Positions 48,709 through 62,740 of a stretch of 64,000 nucleotides of DNA are shown piece by piece. Source of the DNA: Saccostrea echinata (Eukaryota). The DNA lies in contig NW_026889801.1 in NCBI RefSeq assembly GCF_033153115.1, positions 9,300,001 to 9,364,000 on the forward strand, given 5' to 3'. The first letter of the stretch is position 1, and every line of letters starts with the position of its first letter. The position numbers were made by a program, and so were the translations under genes. Under the pieces are notes generated by a model, which did no database searches, was not told where the DNA came from, and saw only the letters and a program-made list of their open reading frames with translations.

Positions 48709-50243
48709 TGCATTTTGATTAACTCCGTGATTAATATGAAAAGCTGTCTATATCTTTTCCGTAAGACTACATGCATATTCCTTTTGTCTACAAGTCTCAA
48801 TTATGTTGTCATTTACATGTTCATGCTGTTAGTGATGCAGAACATTGCAAAAGAAATATTGTGCGGTTTTTTTTTTGGGGGGGGGGGGTAAATTTTTATC
48901 AAAGTGTTAACAGGTGTCGTAGAAATTGTAATGATGTTTTTGTTAAATGTGGGCAATTAGTATCGGAGAGGGGGTAACTGTTTTCTTTTTTCTGAGAAAA
49001 GTACGATTTTTGCTGTTTAGTATGGAAATTTTCATTTCATGCACCCCCCCTCCCCCCATGAATTAGGTTTTCCGAATTTGGAGAGATATCTCGTCAAAGA
49101 TTTTATCAGACAATCTACTTAATTTTATCTGCCCCCCCCCCCTTTTTTTTCAAAACGATACTACCTCCCTGAAATGCAAAAATCTCTGCCAGTATCCTAT
49201 GTACCACTACCATACCTGAATGTTCATTCTAATAATTTTAAATGGTGATTTGCGGAAAATTATAAAATTTTGAATGCGTGTACAGGTTGACTGATGACAT
49301 GCAACTCCATATAGGACGTATTTACTTGTAATACAAAGTGAACAGACAAATAAATAATTAATAAACAAATGTCAAATGATCAAATAAACCCTAAATAAAA
49401 AGGAGAATGTTGGTTTGAGTATATAAAATAATAGTTTCCAAAGTTCTTTAATTGAAGATGTGCAATCCAGTGTTCAAAAAACGTCAAAAATACTGAATAT
49501 TCACTTTATCCTTCTTACAGTGATGCAAGGTGAAAATGGCAATTTTTCTGTTCATATTCAGTACATGAAATGAACAAAATTGAAATGTTTTTATACTATT
49601 CAAGTATCTGAAATATTTTCATAATCAGTCCACCAGACTCCCAGTTAAATGCACGATATGTGTTAGCTGTTATAGATTTTGTATGTGCCACAATAGAATC
49701 ACTAATGTGTTACTTGTACATTTGTAGTTACCTGTTTATCTTTTCCCATGCACATATGAACAATCTTGCACAACTTTTCCTCACACATAATTATGCCTTG
49801 AAATTCAAAGCTCATAATGAAAATTCATAAACCAATGACAACATATATTGCTGATAAAACTAGGTTTTAATGAGAAAAGCATCTTTGAAGAGGATGGTTT
49901 CATCTACCACAAAACATAGATCAGAATTTGCACTGAAGTGCTTCACTTTTACTCTCAAATAATAGAGAATTCCATTTACATCCTTGCTTTAGCCTTACAA
50001 GAATCAATCCCATAAGCATATAAAAAAAACATGATCATGTTTCAACGTTTAGCTTTCAAGCAATAAAAAGATAACGAATACATGTACATGAATCAAAACT
50101 GATACATTTATAAAGTTTAGCTTTTTCATAAATTATTCACATACACATAAATCGTAAAAGCTTAACATATTTTTATAACATTAATTATTTTATTCAAAGC
50201 AAGACAACTTCATAATGTCATCTTCAATAGACATATCCTCCTC

Positions 50244-53200
50244 CTATTGGGTTTTAGCAATGCTCTTCTGGGACAGATTAATCTTGTCTCCCATACTCAA
50301 AGCCATGCCCTGAAAAAGAGGCAAAAAAGAATCTCTGAATTTCTCATTTGATGTTAAAAACAAGTGCTGGTGCCCTGTTCTCTCTTCCTTGGGGCAAGTG
50401 GAAATCAATAGAGAGAAAGCAAGGGAGACAAAGCTAAGAAGCAAGGGCAATATAAGGGAGACCACATAAGGCATGGGTGTGACTAAAACTTGCACAGTCA
50501 TTTTCATCACCCTTTCTAGCTCTCTCTCATTGTCATTCTTGCTTTGTTGCTCTTGCACACTTACTCCCACATTTTTGCTCACTTGCACTTTTGTCCTCTC
50601 GTTCATGCGATGTTGCCCCTTATAATCTTACTCCCTTGCCAAAAGATCAAGATGATGGGAAATGTGTGGACCTACATTGTTGGAAACCCAAGGGTGATTA
50701 CATTTCTTTCCTCTCATTGGCTCTCAACATGATGGAGTGAGAAAGTTTAAACAACAGTGGGCTTCCAAAATAGGGGACCTACATTACTGACCATATTTTT
50801 GATAATGTTTTACCAATATACAATTTACACTCTATCAGTAAGAAATCACTTTGTTTACCTGACTCTTTGCCCTGATTCGGATGTGACCTTGAACTGGAGC
50901 ATCTCTAGACAGGTGGGCAGGCTTCTCAATGCTAAGATTTGCCAGCACATTCTCTCCAAAGATGGACTTGGCATACAAGTTAGCAGCCATAAATCCACAG
51001 TCCCCTTGTAATGCCTGAATAGAAGACAAACATCAAATCAGTATACATGTAATAACACTTCTCAATACAATAATAATATGTCAACTTTCAACTAATATCG
51101 TGTCTGTAGCTTTTACGAGATAAACTGCAAAATTTTAAATCTAGGAAACAAATGAAATCATCTCATTTTTTTTAATGTAAAAGCAACAATCTGTCAATTA
51201 TAGTCCCAAATGAATAAACCAGACCTGTTTACCCATATTGTTGTCTCTCAGTATTTTTTATTAGATTTGTCAGTGAGATTTGGCATTTGCCCGTAAGATT
51301 TCACTTTCCATCGATTTTACATATATTACTTGTGAATACCAAAACATGGTTTAATAACAAGGAAAAACATCATACTTTGCTTTCTTTTGAGAGGTTTCTA
51401 TCATTTTTAAACAACCGCGTTTTAGCAACCCGACATCACTTAAGTGTTTGAAATCTTTCTCTTTTTTCAGCGATTAAAAAGCATCAAACTGAGAAAGATC
51501 ATAAGGAAAACTAACTGCAAACTGACTTCCCGATTTCCGTATTTTCATAATAGCAAAGCATGAGACGTATTTTGGACTCAAAATTTGTAGAAAATACGGC
51601 GAAATCGTAAGAGTAAACAGGTCTGATAAACTAATTTTCATCTTCTCTCTGTTCACTTATGAAAAACTTTTGCTTTAATGATAATAACTTTCCAAAAATA
51701 AAAATCTAATTCTACATGTAGTTAAAATGTGCACCATTTCAGCATATCCTAAGTACAAAATTTGACAGAAATCACCTCTTTTAAGGACATACGCAACGTA
51801 CCTTACCTGCTGATAATTTTTCAAGATATTCTTAATTTAAGATTAAAGTGCAATCAGATTTTCGTAGACAAAAAATCAGCATGCATTACCAGGGGTTTTG
51901 AAAAGATATCAATTGATGAAAATTCTTGCATATTTTAAAGAAAAATATACAAAAATTACTAAACATATATTCTAGATGTTTTGTTTATCCAAACTTGTTT
52001 TAGAAGAAGTGTGCATTAGCATACATAGACATTAAAATGTATCACACGGTTCCTTTAAGTATTGGAACTCTTCAACTCCAGGGGAAAAGACAATAAAGTT
52101 CAAACTACGTTGCGTGTGTCCTTAAACTTAACACTTTTTTCAGGGGAAAAAAATCAATCCCAGTGAAAGTTATTTTTCCTGTCAGAAGATTAATGAAATT
52201 TAAGGAGTATATTTTGTAAATATCCATCTTAAAAGCAGGTTAAGACATTTATACCTTTTCAGGAGTGAGACACCTCATATTGGTCACCTTGATGACGTGT
52301 TGTAAGAACTCGGCAAGATCTGAGACATTGGTATTGACCGCCACTTTGTTCTCCCACTCAAACTCTGCCCACATCTGTCGGAATTCTGTGTCGTCGCAGG
52401 AGGCAGGGACGATGTAATCCATGATGTCGATGTGGATGTCGTTCAGCACCACACAATTACGGTCACTTCCTGCTCCACTGATATCGTACACTGAAATTTT
52501 AATTTCCATATTCATTATCGTGTTTAATTACCTTACTTTGTGTGAGGCCTTATTTTTTTTGTTTCCAGCTATTTTGTTTTCACTGTTTCAAAAGATAAAT
52601 AGGACCACCTACACGTGAATTAATTTTATTTTGAAAATACAACGTACCATAATAAAATCAAAGCTGTGTGTAGTATAGCTAATGAAATGCTTTGCAACAT
52701 GAACAATTCCATACAAAGTTTTGATTTAAGTGTCAATCATATGTATACAATTTTTTTATATTTATCATTTCAAAACACAAAACTTTTTTATGTAATCTGT
52801 GCAACAATTAAACATACATACCAATATTTCCAAATATGATTCCATTTTCTGTGGAAGCAACTTTAACATTTGCTTTAATATTACAGAAATCATGGGGTGC
52901 CATGGTCATTGGTGTGGGTTTTTCTACCAACTTCAGGTCACCTAAAATCAAAATTTTCTTTCATTAGTATTTATCCTAGTAATGAGAGTACAATTCAAAC
53001 AGTGATTCTTATTCATAAACAAGTTCCTTTTCAAGGTCCAAATATTTCTAGATTACTTCATGTAAGCTAAACTTCCCATATTTTATGTAGTCTGACCTAC
53101 TCTCCTCTCAAATCTTACAAATCTGATTGAACAATACAACACTTACCCAAAGTTGCCAGCTATACGTTCAGATTCTGTAAGGTAACACTTACCCAAAGTT

Positions 53201-56200
53201 GCCAGCTCTACGGTCAGATTCTGTAATGTAACACTTACCCAGAGTTGCCAGCTCTACAGTCAGATTCTGTAACGTGTCAGAGGTCTGGTTAACGACCAGT
53301 ATGTCTAGTACTATGTCAAACTGGTTCACGTTGATGTAGGCCTCGGCATACACTGGGTCTGAGAAACCAGTCAACTGAGACACCTGAAAAAAAGAAACAA
53401 TTACTGATTTATTCTGAAGGACACAGCAGCAGCTTTTCTAGGATTGGGGTACTTTTTCAACAAACATAGGCTATAAATAATTGCATGGACTCTAAACAGA
53501 AAACACTGCTTTAAATAAGAGTACTTGCAATCTGAGAAATGTCAAGTTGTAAATGTGCTACCTACCTTGTTCAACTTAGAAGCTCCAATAGGATCAGCAT
53601 CTTTCTTGGATGACATTCCCAAAGCCTGGGACAAGGTGAGCTCAAACATGTTCTGAAATAGGAAAATCTTGTTCCATTTCCATTGAGATAAAAATAAGGC
53701 AGACATGCTAATTCATTTATTTTCCCTCCCTATCTATGTCATTTTTTCAATGTCATGTGAAATATTCTCTCTTAATATTACAGAAAGTCATACCTCAGTT
53801 GCTCCCATCTCAGCCTTGTTGACGAGCTGTGCAAACATTATAGGATCATCAGCTTGTACTTTCACAGCTCTCTTCTCAGAAGCCTGAAAACAGTAAAAAA
53901 ATATTTCATGAAGTACAAGCAACTCTTTAAGTAAGACATGAAAAAACATCATATCTGTACCCTTACAATATGTATCTGTTCAATATTCTGCAAGAAAGAA
54001 ATGTTAAAGAGTCTGACCTTCTGTAATTCCTTTTCCTCCTCCATTTTGGCTGCCAGCATCATGGAGAGGGACTGTCTACAGTCTACGTTGAAGATCTCTC
54101 CCATTAGTGGGGTCCTCTCGGCCAGAACTCTCAGACAGGTGGCAATTCTATCTACATCATCATCAGTTATTGGCTAAAACAACAACGGATAATGACATTT
54201 AGAAGAAATATGACACATGGGTTATATAATGCATATTACACTGAATAAAACTATACAGAGGAAAATTCAATCATACATGTCTACATTGTGTTAGCCAAAC
54301 ATTCAATAAACTTGTTAACTTTATATGAATATCTTTTCTTATAAAACAATACTTAACGTGAACAATACATGGATTCTCACCTTTGCTGGCAATCCAGACT
54401 TTCCAAGATGGATAATGGCTGCCATGATCAACATAGATTCGGCCACTAAGGACTGTAAATAAAATATTAGATTTCTTATAAAACTTTAGATTACCTTTCA
54501 CTAGTAAACATTAAAATATTCATCCATTTTCCATTCTATACTACTTTAAAAGCATTTATATAACATGTCTTGTGTTAAGCTCACATTTTGCCTTTTCATG
54601 TCTGGAGTATTGTTAATATACTTCAGAGCCAGCTTTGTCAACGTGGTAGCCAGGGCAGCTCCCACAAAGAAGTCCCCGTCCATCATGTACTGCCTCATTG
54701 GTGGTCTGCAATAAAAATATTTTGTCAAATACTTCCAATGACTGAAATTTAAAGAGCTAGACAACTTTGCACTCATTGAGGCTTATCAAAACAGAGCCAA
54801 AATTCTCTTTCTGTGCTCTACTTACATTTTAAGGTAACTCTTCTTACATACAGTATAAAACGCTTATAGTGAAGTGCCAGGGATGAGCAATTTTGTTTTG
54901 ATATAAATATAATTTGTTATATCCATTAAGTTTATGTTTTAAAACTCATGGGAATGAAAATCACTTCACTGCAAGTGTGAATTCATTATACAAGCATGTT
55001 TCCTGTAACAGTGTATTACTGTAGTATGTCTGTTCATCATTGATAAATGCTACGTGTAGAAGTCATCCACTTGCTACAGGCACTGAAGATACAATGCCTT
55101 TACCAAAAATTTATTAAAGCGACAGTACGACTGCAAAATGTGTGCTATTTCATCCAAATTTACCCAATATGTCATTAAGAAATAAGGTATAAAGTTGATG
55201 TAAGCAGTTTGAGAAACAGAAATATTCTCTACTCAAACAAAATTAACGTAATTAGAATCTGCCGGAAAATCAAGGGTCGTACGAACCGGAGCAATCTTAG
55301 ATCTGTTTATTTGTACCACGTGAATTCTAAAACGGCACGTGCCTACACTGTAGAGTTTACAGTTATAATGAATATTAGGTGAAAGCAATTTTCAAAAACA
55401 CAAATTATCATAACTTTCTGATAAAATAATCTAAAATAATAATCGTAAAGATTTTAGTCTGTATTCAGGCGAATTTAACAGAATTAAAAGTACAAATGTT
55501 TACGTTTTGTGTATTGGGGTCCGAGAAAGGGAAAACCAACTAATCATACGTTATCGCGGCAAATGTCAAACAAAATATTTTTCTGCACAGTTAAAAAAAA
55601 TTAGCATTTTAAATGGCAACAATGTTTATAAGTCAAAGATGTATTTTTAATGTTGAGTTTACACTATTTTTTTTCTTTGAAAGCGACGGAAAAATGAGAA
55701 ATGATAACAAGTATCAACAAACCTGTCGAAAGAACCTTCGAGAGCCCTGCGTGAGTGTCGCCGAGTTCCCGTTTCTTCCTTATCCAGCGATTTTATTAAT
55801 CCCCAAACTAAATTTTAGTCATGAAAGTTGCTTTTTCAAGTTCTATTTTCAGTTTCTTTTTCTTTTTGGTCGACTTGGTCAATGTAGCAGGCCTACCGGG
55901 ATTCCCTCTCTAACCATGCTGTTTTGTTTATGAAAACTACGCATGCGTGCATAGCATGGAATGTGGAACCCCGAACACGTTGCGATGTATATATTTACGT
56001 CCCATAAATAACAATTAATTTTAATGAAATAATCCAAATTATTTAATTGTAAAAGTTGTAATTTTCTGAAAGTTTATACATTTATGAGTAGTAAAAAAAT
56101 TCCAAATCTTGTCGGATAATTTTATCTAGTCAGTTTTTTGATGAGATGCGCCGTACTGTCACTTTAAGTGACACAGTGACTTCGATGGGATGCTTCTATC

Positions 56201-59200
56201 AGAATCAACCACCTTGCATACATGTCAGATCTTCATGTCATATGTTTAATGAATTAGAAAGTGTCAAATATTTGTTAAATGATTCAGTAAACCCTACCTC
56301 TCCTCCTTCTTTGCCGAGGATGAGGCAGTGCTAAATGCACTCTGCGTGGCGTATGTTCCATCAGCTGTGACCAGCTTCTGAACTTGTCCCCCTGACTGCA
56401 TCTCTGCCATCAAAATTCAGAACTTAAGACTTAATTACTCAAAACCTTGTTTATCAAAAACCAACATATTTTAAAGATTTGTTCATAATGAATTCAGAAC
56501 AAGAAGAAGACTGTATGTTAATCTAGGACCAGAAAGAGCTAAGTAAACAAAGTGTAACTAACCATCTTCTTCTACTTCTCCTGCTGCCTTCTTTATCTCA
56601 TCATCCACAATGGGAATCTATAAAATACATTGTGCATATCATTTATAAGTACACTGAAGTATATGTATAATACAGTACATCAAAAACATCAGCAAAACTG
56701 ATAAACTTTAATATAAACTTTAGCTACCTGAATTACAACCAATGAACAAATGTACAGGATACATGTATGCACAATATAAATGCTATGAATGGAAAATACA
56801 ATCACATAAGCTTGCTCTTACCTCCCCAAGTGCTTGTCTGATCATAGTCATCACATTCTGAATATCCTCATTAGTTTCACAGTACTCTCCCAAAATCCAC
56901 AAAGCAGCTCTGTGAATCCTGAAGCAGAAAAATTACAATCAAAACATATTCATAATCAGACCCTGCATCAAAGATGACCAGTATAGTATGGATACTGTAA
57001 CAAGCCAGTGAAACTTGATCAATTCTACTTACTTCATGGCTTTGATGGAGGGGAAGACTTCCTGTAGCTTACTGATGATCAGTCCCCTCAAAGACTCAAA
57101 TCTCTGGATAGCCTCCCGGACAAAGACCAGCACATCCAAAGCAGCAAGCTCGTTCTGGTCTCCTAAGAACTCTATCAGCTGTTACAGAAGAACAAAAATG
57201 ATTTTTTTTCACTTTTTCTTCTTTGCACATTATGATGTATTTAGAGTTGCATGTACCTTTAACATACATCCCCTTTAGCAATAACTAATGAAAGTGAATT
57301 ATTGATTCTTTCCAATCTCAAACTCTTTGTTATTATAAACACATTTTTTTTCAGATTTCAAGCAGTACATTTTAAGTTAACTTAAATTTTTCCTCCTTTT
57401 TTCTGCAATAAGTTTACTTAGTAAATAAATCAAAGACTGATTTTAATCTCAAAATATTTCACTGTTACATTCAGTTTTAAGGCAGAACATACCACTGGGA
57501 TAATGGTGGTAGCAATATCCTGGAACTTAATGCTACACTGATGCAGGGTTCTGACCAACAGCTGTCGGTACTTCCCAGTGTCCTCATGTTCTACGTTGTT
57601 AGTTTTCACCACTTCTTTTTTCAGCACCAGGACCATCTACAAAGGCAACATTTATCAAAACGTGCATTTCTTCTAACTCTCATGAAACACTTAATTCAAC
57701 ATAGAACACTAATACAAAATTTTTAGACAAAATAATTTTGTTGTAAACCTTACCTCTTCAATGTTCCTTGAGGACACAAGGTCAAGAGCCAGAGTCAAGG
57801 TCTTTTTCCTTACTTCTAAATCTGGGGCACTAAGGACTCTCAAAATATCCATCACAAGGTCCTACAAAAGTTAATGCAAATTAACATCAAACAGTATAAA
57901 CATAAATTATGTACTTATGTTTTAAATCATAGTTACATATTAATTTAAAAATCTACATGTATGGTTACAATGGATTTGTTACAGAATCCTTTTATTCAGA
58001 GAATACACATGTACCTGCAAGACTTTCTCATGGGCAGGTACCTCCTTCAGTGCAATTAATCGATCCAATACAATCAGTTTGACATTGTTATCACTTTCTT
58101 TGATGATCAGTTCAATGTAACAACTAGCAGCAGCCTGAATAAAGATGAAAAAGAAACAACACATTAATGTACAACTTCCTGCAATATGTAAGCAAAATTC
58201 TGATATAAGGCATTTTCCACTTTGAAGTCAAATCTAAATGTTTCACAGGAAAGTTGTCTACCTTAACTGCAGTAGGAGCACTAGACAAGGTGACTAGGGT
58301 ACCAGCTGCCTCGTAGCGGACAGCAGGGCTCTGGGAGTTAAGGAGGTTATAAATACAGCGGATAAAGCGAGCTCTCTCAGAGGGATTATTGTGACAAACC
58401 TGAAAGATAAATATTACTTAAAAATTAACATTTTCATTACACCGTATGTTGAAAGGGGTTTTTTCCTATATCAAAATTTAATTTACATCTATGGTAACTT
58501 GGGAACAAATAAATAATTTTACCATTTTTATGAGTGAGAAATATACATGCTGCTTTGTCCAAATATTTTCAATAAAATTGTTTATACTCAGTAGTGCTTC
58601 TCAAATAAAAATAACTTGCTTTATAAATCAGCTCCACAATAACCAGTTGTAGAATGTCCCCAAAGGAGTTGACCTGATCAATACAGCTACTCAGGTAGTT
58701 CAGGGCTCTCTCCTACAAAACAATCAGTCCAACGTATTTAAGTTATAAAATCTTTGTTTTAACCAATTCCAAGAAACAGGCATCATGAAACTATTTTTTT
58801 CTTCTCTGAAACAGTTCATTAGAGTTGAAGCACAGGTATTCTTTCTCACCTGATCTGCATGGATCAACATCATGAAAGCATTTCTCTTACAGGACATATC
58901 CTGCTCTCCCTCCAAGAACTTGGCAATCAATTCAGGTGCATCTGGGATCAGGGAATCATGGTTCCTGTAAACAACATAAAACTAAAGCCTTGTAAACTCA
59001 TGTCCACTAGGATAAGGTTATCTATGATGAAATACATGTAAATTCTGTAAGCTTTGCCATTAGCAAGATTCCTGTCCCATAAAGTCATATAAAGCTTTAA
59101 ATTTTTCAGAAATATTCTTAATAATCTGACATAAAGATAAAGCAAATCCTTTGCACTGAGTAATTTTGCCTAGTTTTGAAGCCTGATACCTGTAGATGGT

Positions 59201-60324
59201 ATAGATGGCCAGTACAGCGTTTCTTCTGACATAGGAGTGTCTATGCTCCAGACACTGTCTGATGGCTGGCATTAGGGGTTCTAACAGTTCCCCCTCCTTC
59301 AACTTACACAGAAACCTCAGGGTGGAGCCACGAATAAACTCATTGGGATGCTGCAAATCCTACAATCAGTACAATTGAAATTTTCATTGTAAGGTTACTG
59401 TGAGTATAATTTGTATGAATGTCATTGGTTGATAGGAGCAGACATTTCACTCTGAATGCAGACTTCATTAATTTACAATACAAGTGTATGCACATGGTGC
59501 ATGAATAAAAACCATGTATCAATGTTATCATTTAATTCATACATGTCATTATATAGTGTCATATGCAATAAACTATAAAAAATGCATATTACTTACATTT
59601 CTTTTTAAACAAATAGCTATAATGAATACATCTAAAGACATTACAATTAAAAACTATTTCACTTTTTTTCAAAAGTATTTTTTATTATTACACAACCAAG
59701 TTAATCAAAATATACTTACCTTTCTGTAGGCATCACAGACAAGAATCATCTCATGTAACATTTTGCCATCAGGTGTATATTTAGGGACTACCTCCCAGAA
59801 GATGAGCAATAATTTCTTGATCATGTGATCCTGGATTGGCATAACAAATCTAATGATGGCCATCAACAAAGAAGGGAGTTTCTCTCCATTCAATATCTGC
59901 TGGATTGTCTTTTTCAGTGCTTCTGTCTTGGTCTTTATGTCCCCTTTTTCTAAAGTAAAAATAATAATATAGACATATAAAATTTTTTTAGTTATATTGC
60001 AACTTTGTTTTTAGTTATTGTGTATTTTTTGGTTATTGCATGTTCTCCTTGTTCCTTAAATAATATACATTTCAAAATTATTTACAATCTATCTGAGGCT
60101 GCTATACATATGAATAGACCAGGATATTCTCCAAATTTTTATATTTTGAACAGTAATATTTACTTTTTTCTTCCTTTGAGGTTTTCTGTCAGAATTTGTT
60201 TTTCATACATTATTAAGTATAGACTCTGACCTAAATCCTGTCTGAGCTGTAGCTCAGTAGGGGGCTCTGCATCTGAAGGGATGTTGATCAGGGTGTAGCA
60301 TGGCTGCTCTGCCAAAGTGGCCAT
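50244..60324 (-). CDS. COPB1: Coatomer subunit beta (beta-COP), 23 coding exons
   Basis: Starts [14 protein letters not shown]; contains [94 protein letters not shown]; exons join in frame (one GC donor). Confidence 0.98.
51785..52121. mobile_element. Kolobok-type MITE in a COPB1 intron
   Basis: TTAA TSD on both sides; TIR GGACATACGCAACGTA / TACGTTGCGTGTGTCC (15/16). Confidence 0.8.
53139..53273. repeat. Three tandem 46-bp copies of a COPB1 exon end plus 5' splice site
   Basis: ACACTTACCCARAGTTGCCAGCT..TCAGATTCTGTAA starting at 53139, 53185, 53231. Confidence 0.95.
54851..55021. mobile_element. Tc1/mariner-type MITE
   Basis: TA-CAGTATAAAACGCTTATAG ... CTGTAACAGTGTATTACTG-TA. Confidence 0.6.
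55118..56163. mobile_element. Non-autonomous Kolobok element in a COPB1 intron
   Basis: TTAA TSD (55114-55117, 56164-56167); TIR AGCGACAGTACG / CGTACTGTCACT (11/12). Confidence 0.85.
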
Positions 60325-60845
60325 TTTCTCAGCTTTACTCTGTTAAATATGCTAAAATCATTAAAACTGCTATAAAACAAAGCTAAATGAGTTTAATTAG
60401 TAAAAATTTAGTTAAAGTAGGAAAATGATAATTGCAGATTTTAAGAATTTGATATATATATCATTGTGTTGTTTACACAATTTACATGATGTACATAACA
60501 TGCATGCAGTATCTATAAATTACACATTGTTTTTCAGACCTATGTTGTTACCAACACCACGTTTGCTGGGTGATAAATCTACTATAATAGCAAATAAAAT
60601 TGGGAGGAAAACAGTAAAACTTAAAATCTAATTACTTGTGTAAACATACACAATTAAAATAATAATAATAAAAAAAAAGAAATCTACATATCATATTTGT
60701 AAAAATATTTTATTTCTACATCTATCAGAGTTAACTAAAGCACTGATTTCTTCCCCACATCACTTACCATCTTTATAAAGCGATTAACTATTTACAAACA
60801 TGAAAATTTTATTATTGTACATTGTCAAAGAAGAAGGAACATAAT

Positions 60846-61727
60846 GGTAACTGGACCTTTTGCCCCAACTGACGATTCGCGCTGAGACCATTCATCCCTA
60901 AAGACATTTTGTGCTGAGATGTTTCATGCCGAACATATTCAACATAATCTATATTATCTATATATGTTAAGATGTTTATGAATATTTACATATAAAGTTT
61001 ATTGACTTTATTAATTTAAAAATAAAAATTATCAAGCTTATTTTATTCATTTATTTTGCATATCACATTTTTTTGGAACCTGAGGATGGGAAAACCTTGA
61101 TACTTTGGTCTATCTGACAGAAAATACAAATTTAAAAAAATTGACATTATTACACTTCATATAATTTTATTAACATGATTAAAAACCCTTAAACATGTTA
61201 AAATAAAAGTAAAACTGTGTCTTCTCTTTTTCATTTTGTAGTACTTATTGACATACATGTCTTTTTCCATGATTTTAAAAACTTTAAGAAAGAAAAAAGA
61301 ACGAAAAAAAAAAAGATAAACAAGGATTTGAATAGTTCATTTATGCAGGCTATGCGTCAATTATTTCTGTTGCTCCCCTCTCCTTTCCAAACTCTGAAGT
61401 CTGAAATATGTTGTTTATCGTTTGTTTTGAATAGTTAAATAGAATAAAATGTTAATCATTGTACTGTAATGTCACTATTAAATATCTTCACAAAAATAAT
61501 AAAATTATGCAAGATATCTACCCAAAAATATAGAAAATGTGCTGTGTGGCATGAAGACAATAATATACAATTATGGTAAGACAGTCACAAAAAAGTTAAT
61601 AATTACTATAAACAAGGGGTAATTAGCATTTAATTGAAAGAAATCATTACTTGACCTTCGGCACAAATCGTCTAGGGGCAAAACATCTCAGCGTAAATGG
61701 TTTTTCAGGGCGAACCATCCCGCATTC
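60846..61727. mobile_element. Non-autonomous DNA element with 8-bp TSD and asymmetric ends (Zisupton-like)
   Basis: AACATAAT flanks both sides (60838-60845, 61728-61735); inverted subterminal repeats (GCTGAGATGTTT / AAACATCTCAGC; TTTTGCCCC / GGGGCAAAA). Confidence 0.7.
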
Positions 61728-62324
61728 AACATAATAAGCCTGTTAATGCAATGCATTTCTTACAGTGACAGAACGATTAAACTCCAGAAATTCCTAATTT
61801 TTTTCTTCCAAAACTAAAAAAAAATGTAAAGTCTGGTGCAAAAAAATAGAGTCAGTCAGGTAGCAGGAAACAAGACTTTCATTTTTCTTGGCCTAACTGT
61901 ATTAATTGCTTTATATAGCCCCAAAACTTTTAGAACTTTGAGTACAAAGTCTCTTAAGGAGATGCAATTTGATGAGTGATTTTTTTTAACATGCATTATT
62001 TTAAGAAGAGTTCAAGGTTGAATATTTTCACTGTACCAAGGTGCAACTTCTTGTGCATGCTGAGAAAATAACATATTTAAGAAAAAAGTGTGATAAAATA
62101 GATAAATCAAGCTATTCTGAATAGCTTAATAAAGCTACATAGCTAGATCAAGCTATATAGCTAAATCAAGAGATTGTGCTGGACCTGTTGTGCTGTATTC
62201 TATGTGCCATTTTACTGAATAAACAAAGATGGTCTACCAATTCTGGTCATCTGCTAACAAACTTGCTGTATATGTGATTTTAACAGAGCTGATGCTCTTT
62301 CCGCAGTAGGCCTGCTGTACCTTT

Positions 62325-62565
62325 CAGGCCCGTAGGAAGCAATTTCACTTTGGGGGGGGGGGGGCACAGCCATACATTTCCAGTTGAGGGGGCACTAACA
62401 AGTACCAAATATTTCTTGACAAGCAAAAAACAAAGTCATCAGACGTTTTTATTGAGGGGGCACAAGCATTTGGTATCTAATTTTACTATAGTAATCTATA
62501 TATCGGCAAAACTATTTGGGGGCACGCCCCCCCCCGTGCCCCCCTCCCCGGTTCCTATGGCCATG
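62325..62565. mobile_element. hAT-like MITE with 5-bp TSD
   Basis: CCTTT on both sides; TIR CAGGCCCGTAGGAA / TTCCTATGGCCATG; GGGGGCAC subterminal motifs. Confidence 0.7.
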
Positions 62566-62740
62566 CCTTTACATAGAATGTGATAAGGTTGAAACAACTT
62601 TGATCTGAATCAAATGCCATTTGGTGTTAGAAGAACCAAGTTGTTAAATAACATGTATGCTGTTCGACAATAAACGAGTAATAGGATCTATTAATTTAAA
62701 AAGTCTCAAAACACCCCAAATTGCAATTCTGGGTTTAATT

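Noticed and set aside
49285-49350. Hammerhead ribozyme (CTGATGA core)
   Set aside because: No suitably placed GAAA and no supporting stems.
44646-60324. Functional cluster of the MANSC protein and COPB1 as a trafficking module
   Set aside because: Adjacency alone is not evidence in an animal genome; conserved microsynteny would be needed and cannot be assessed here.
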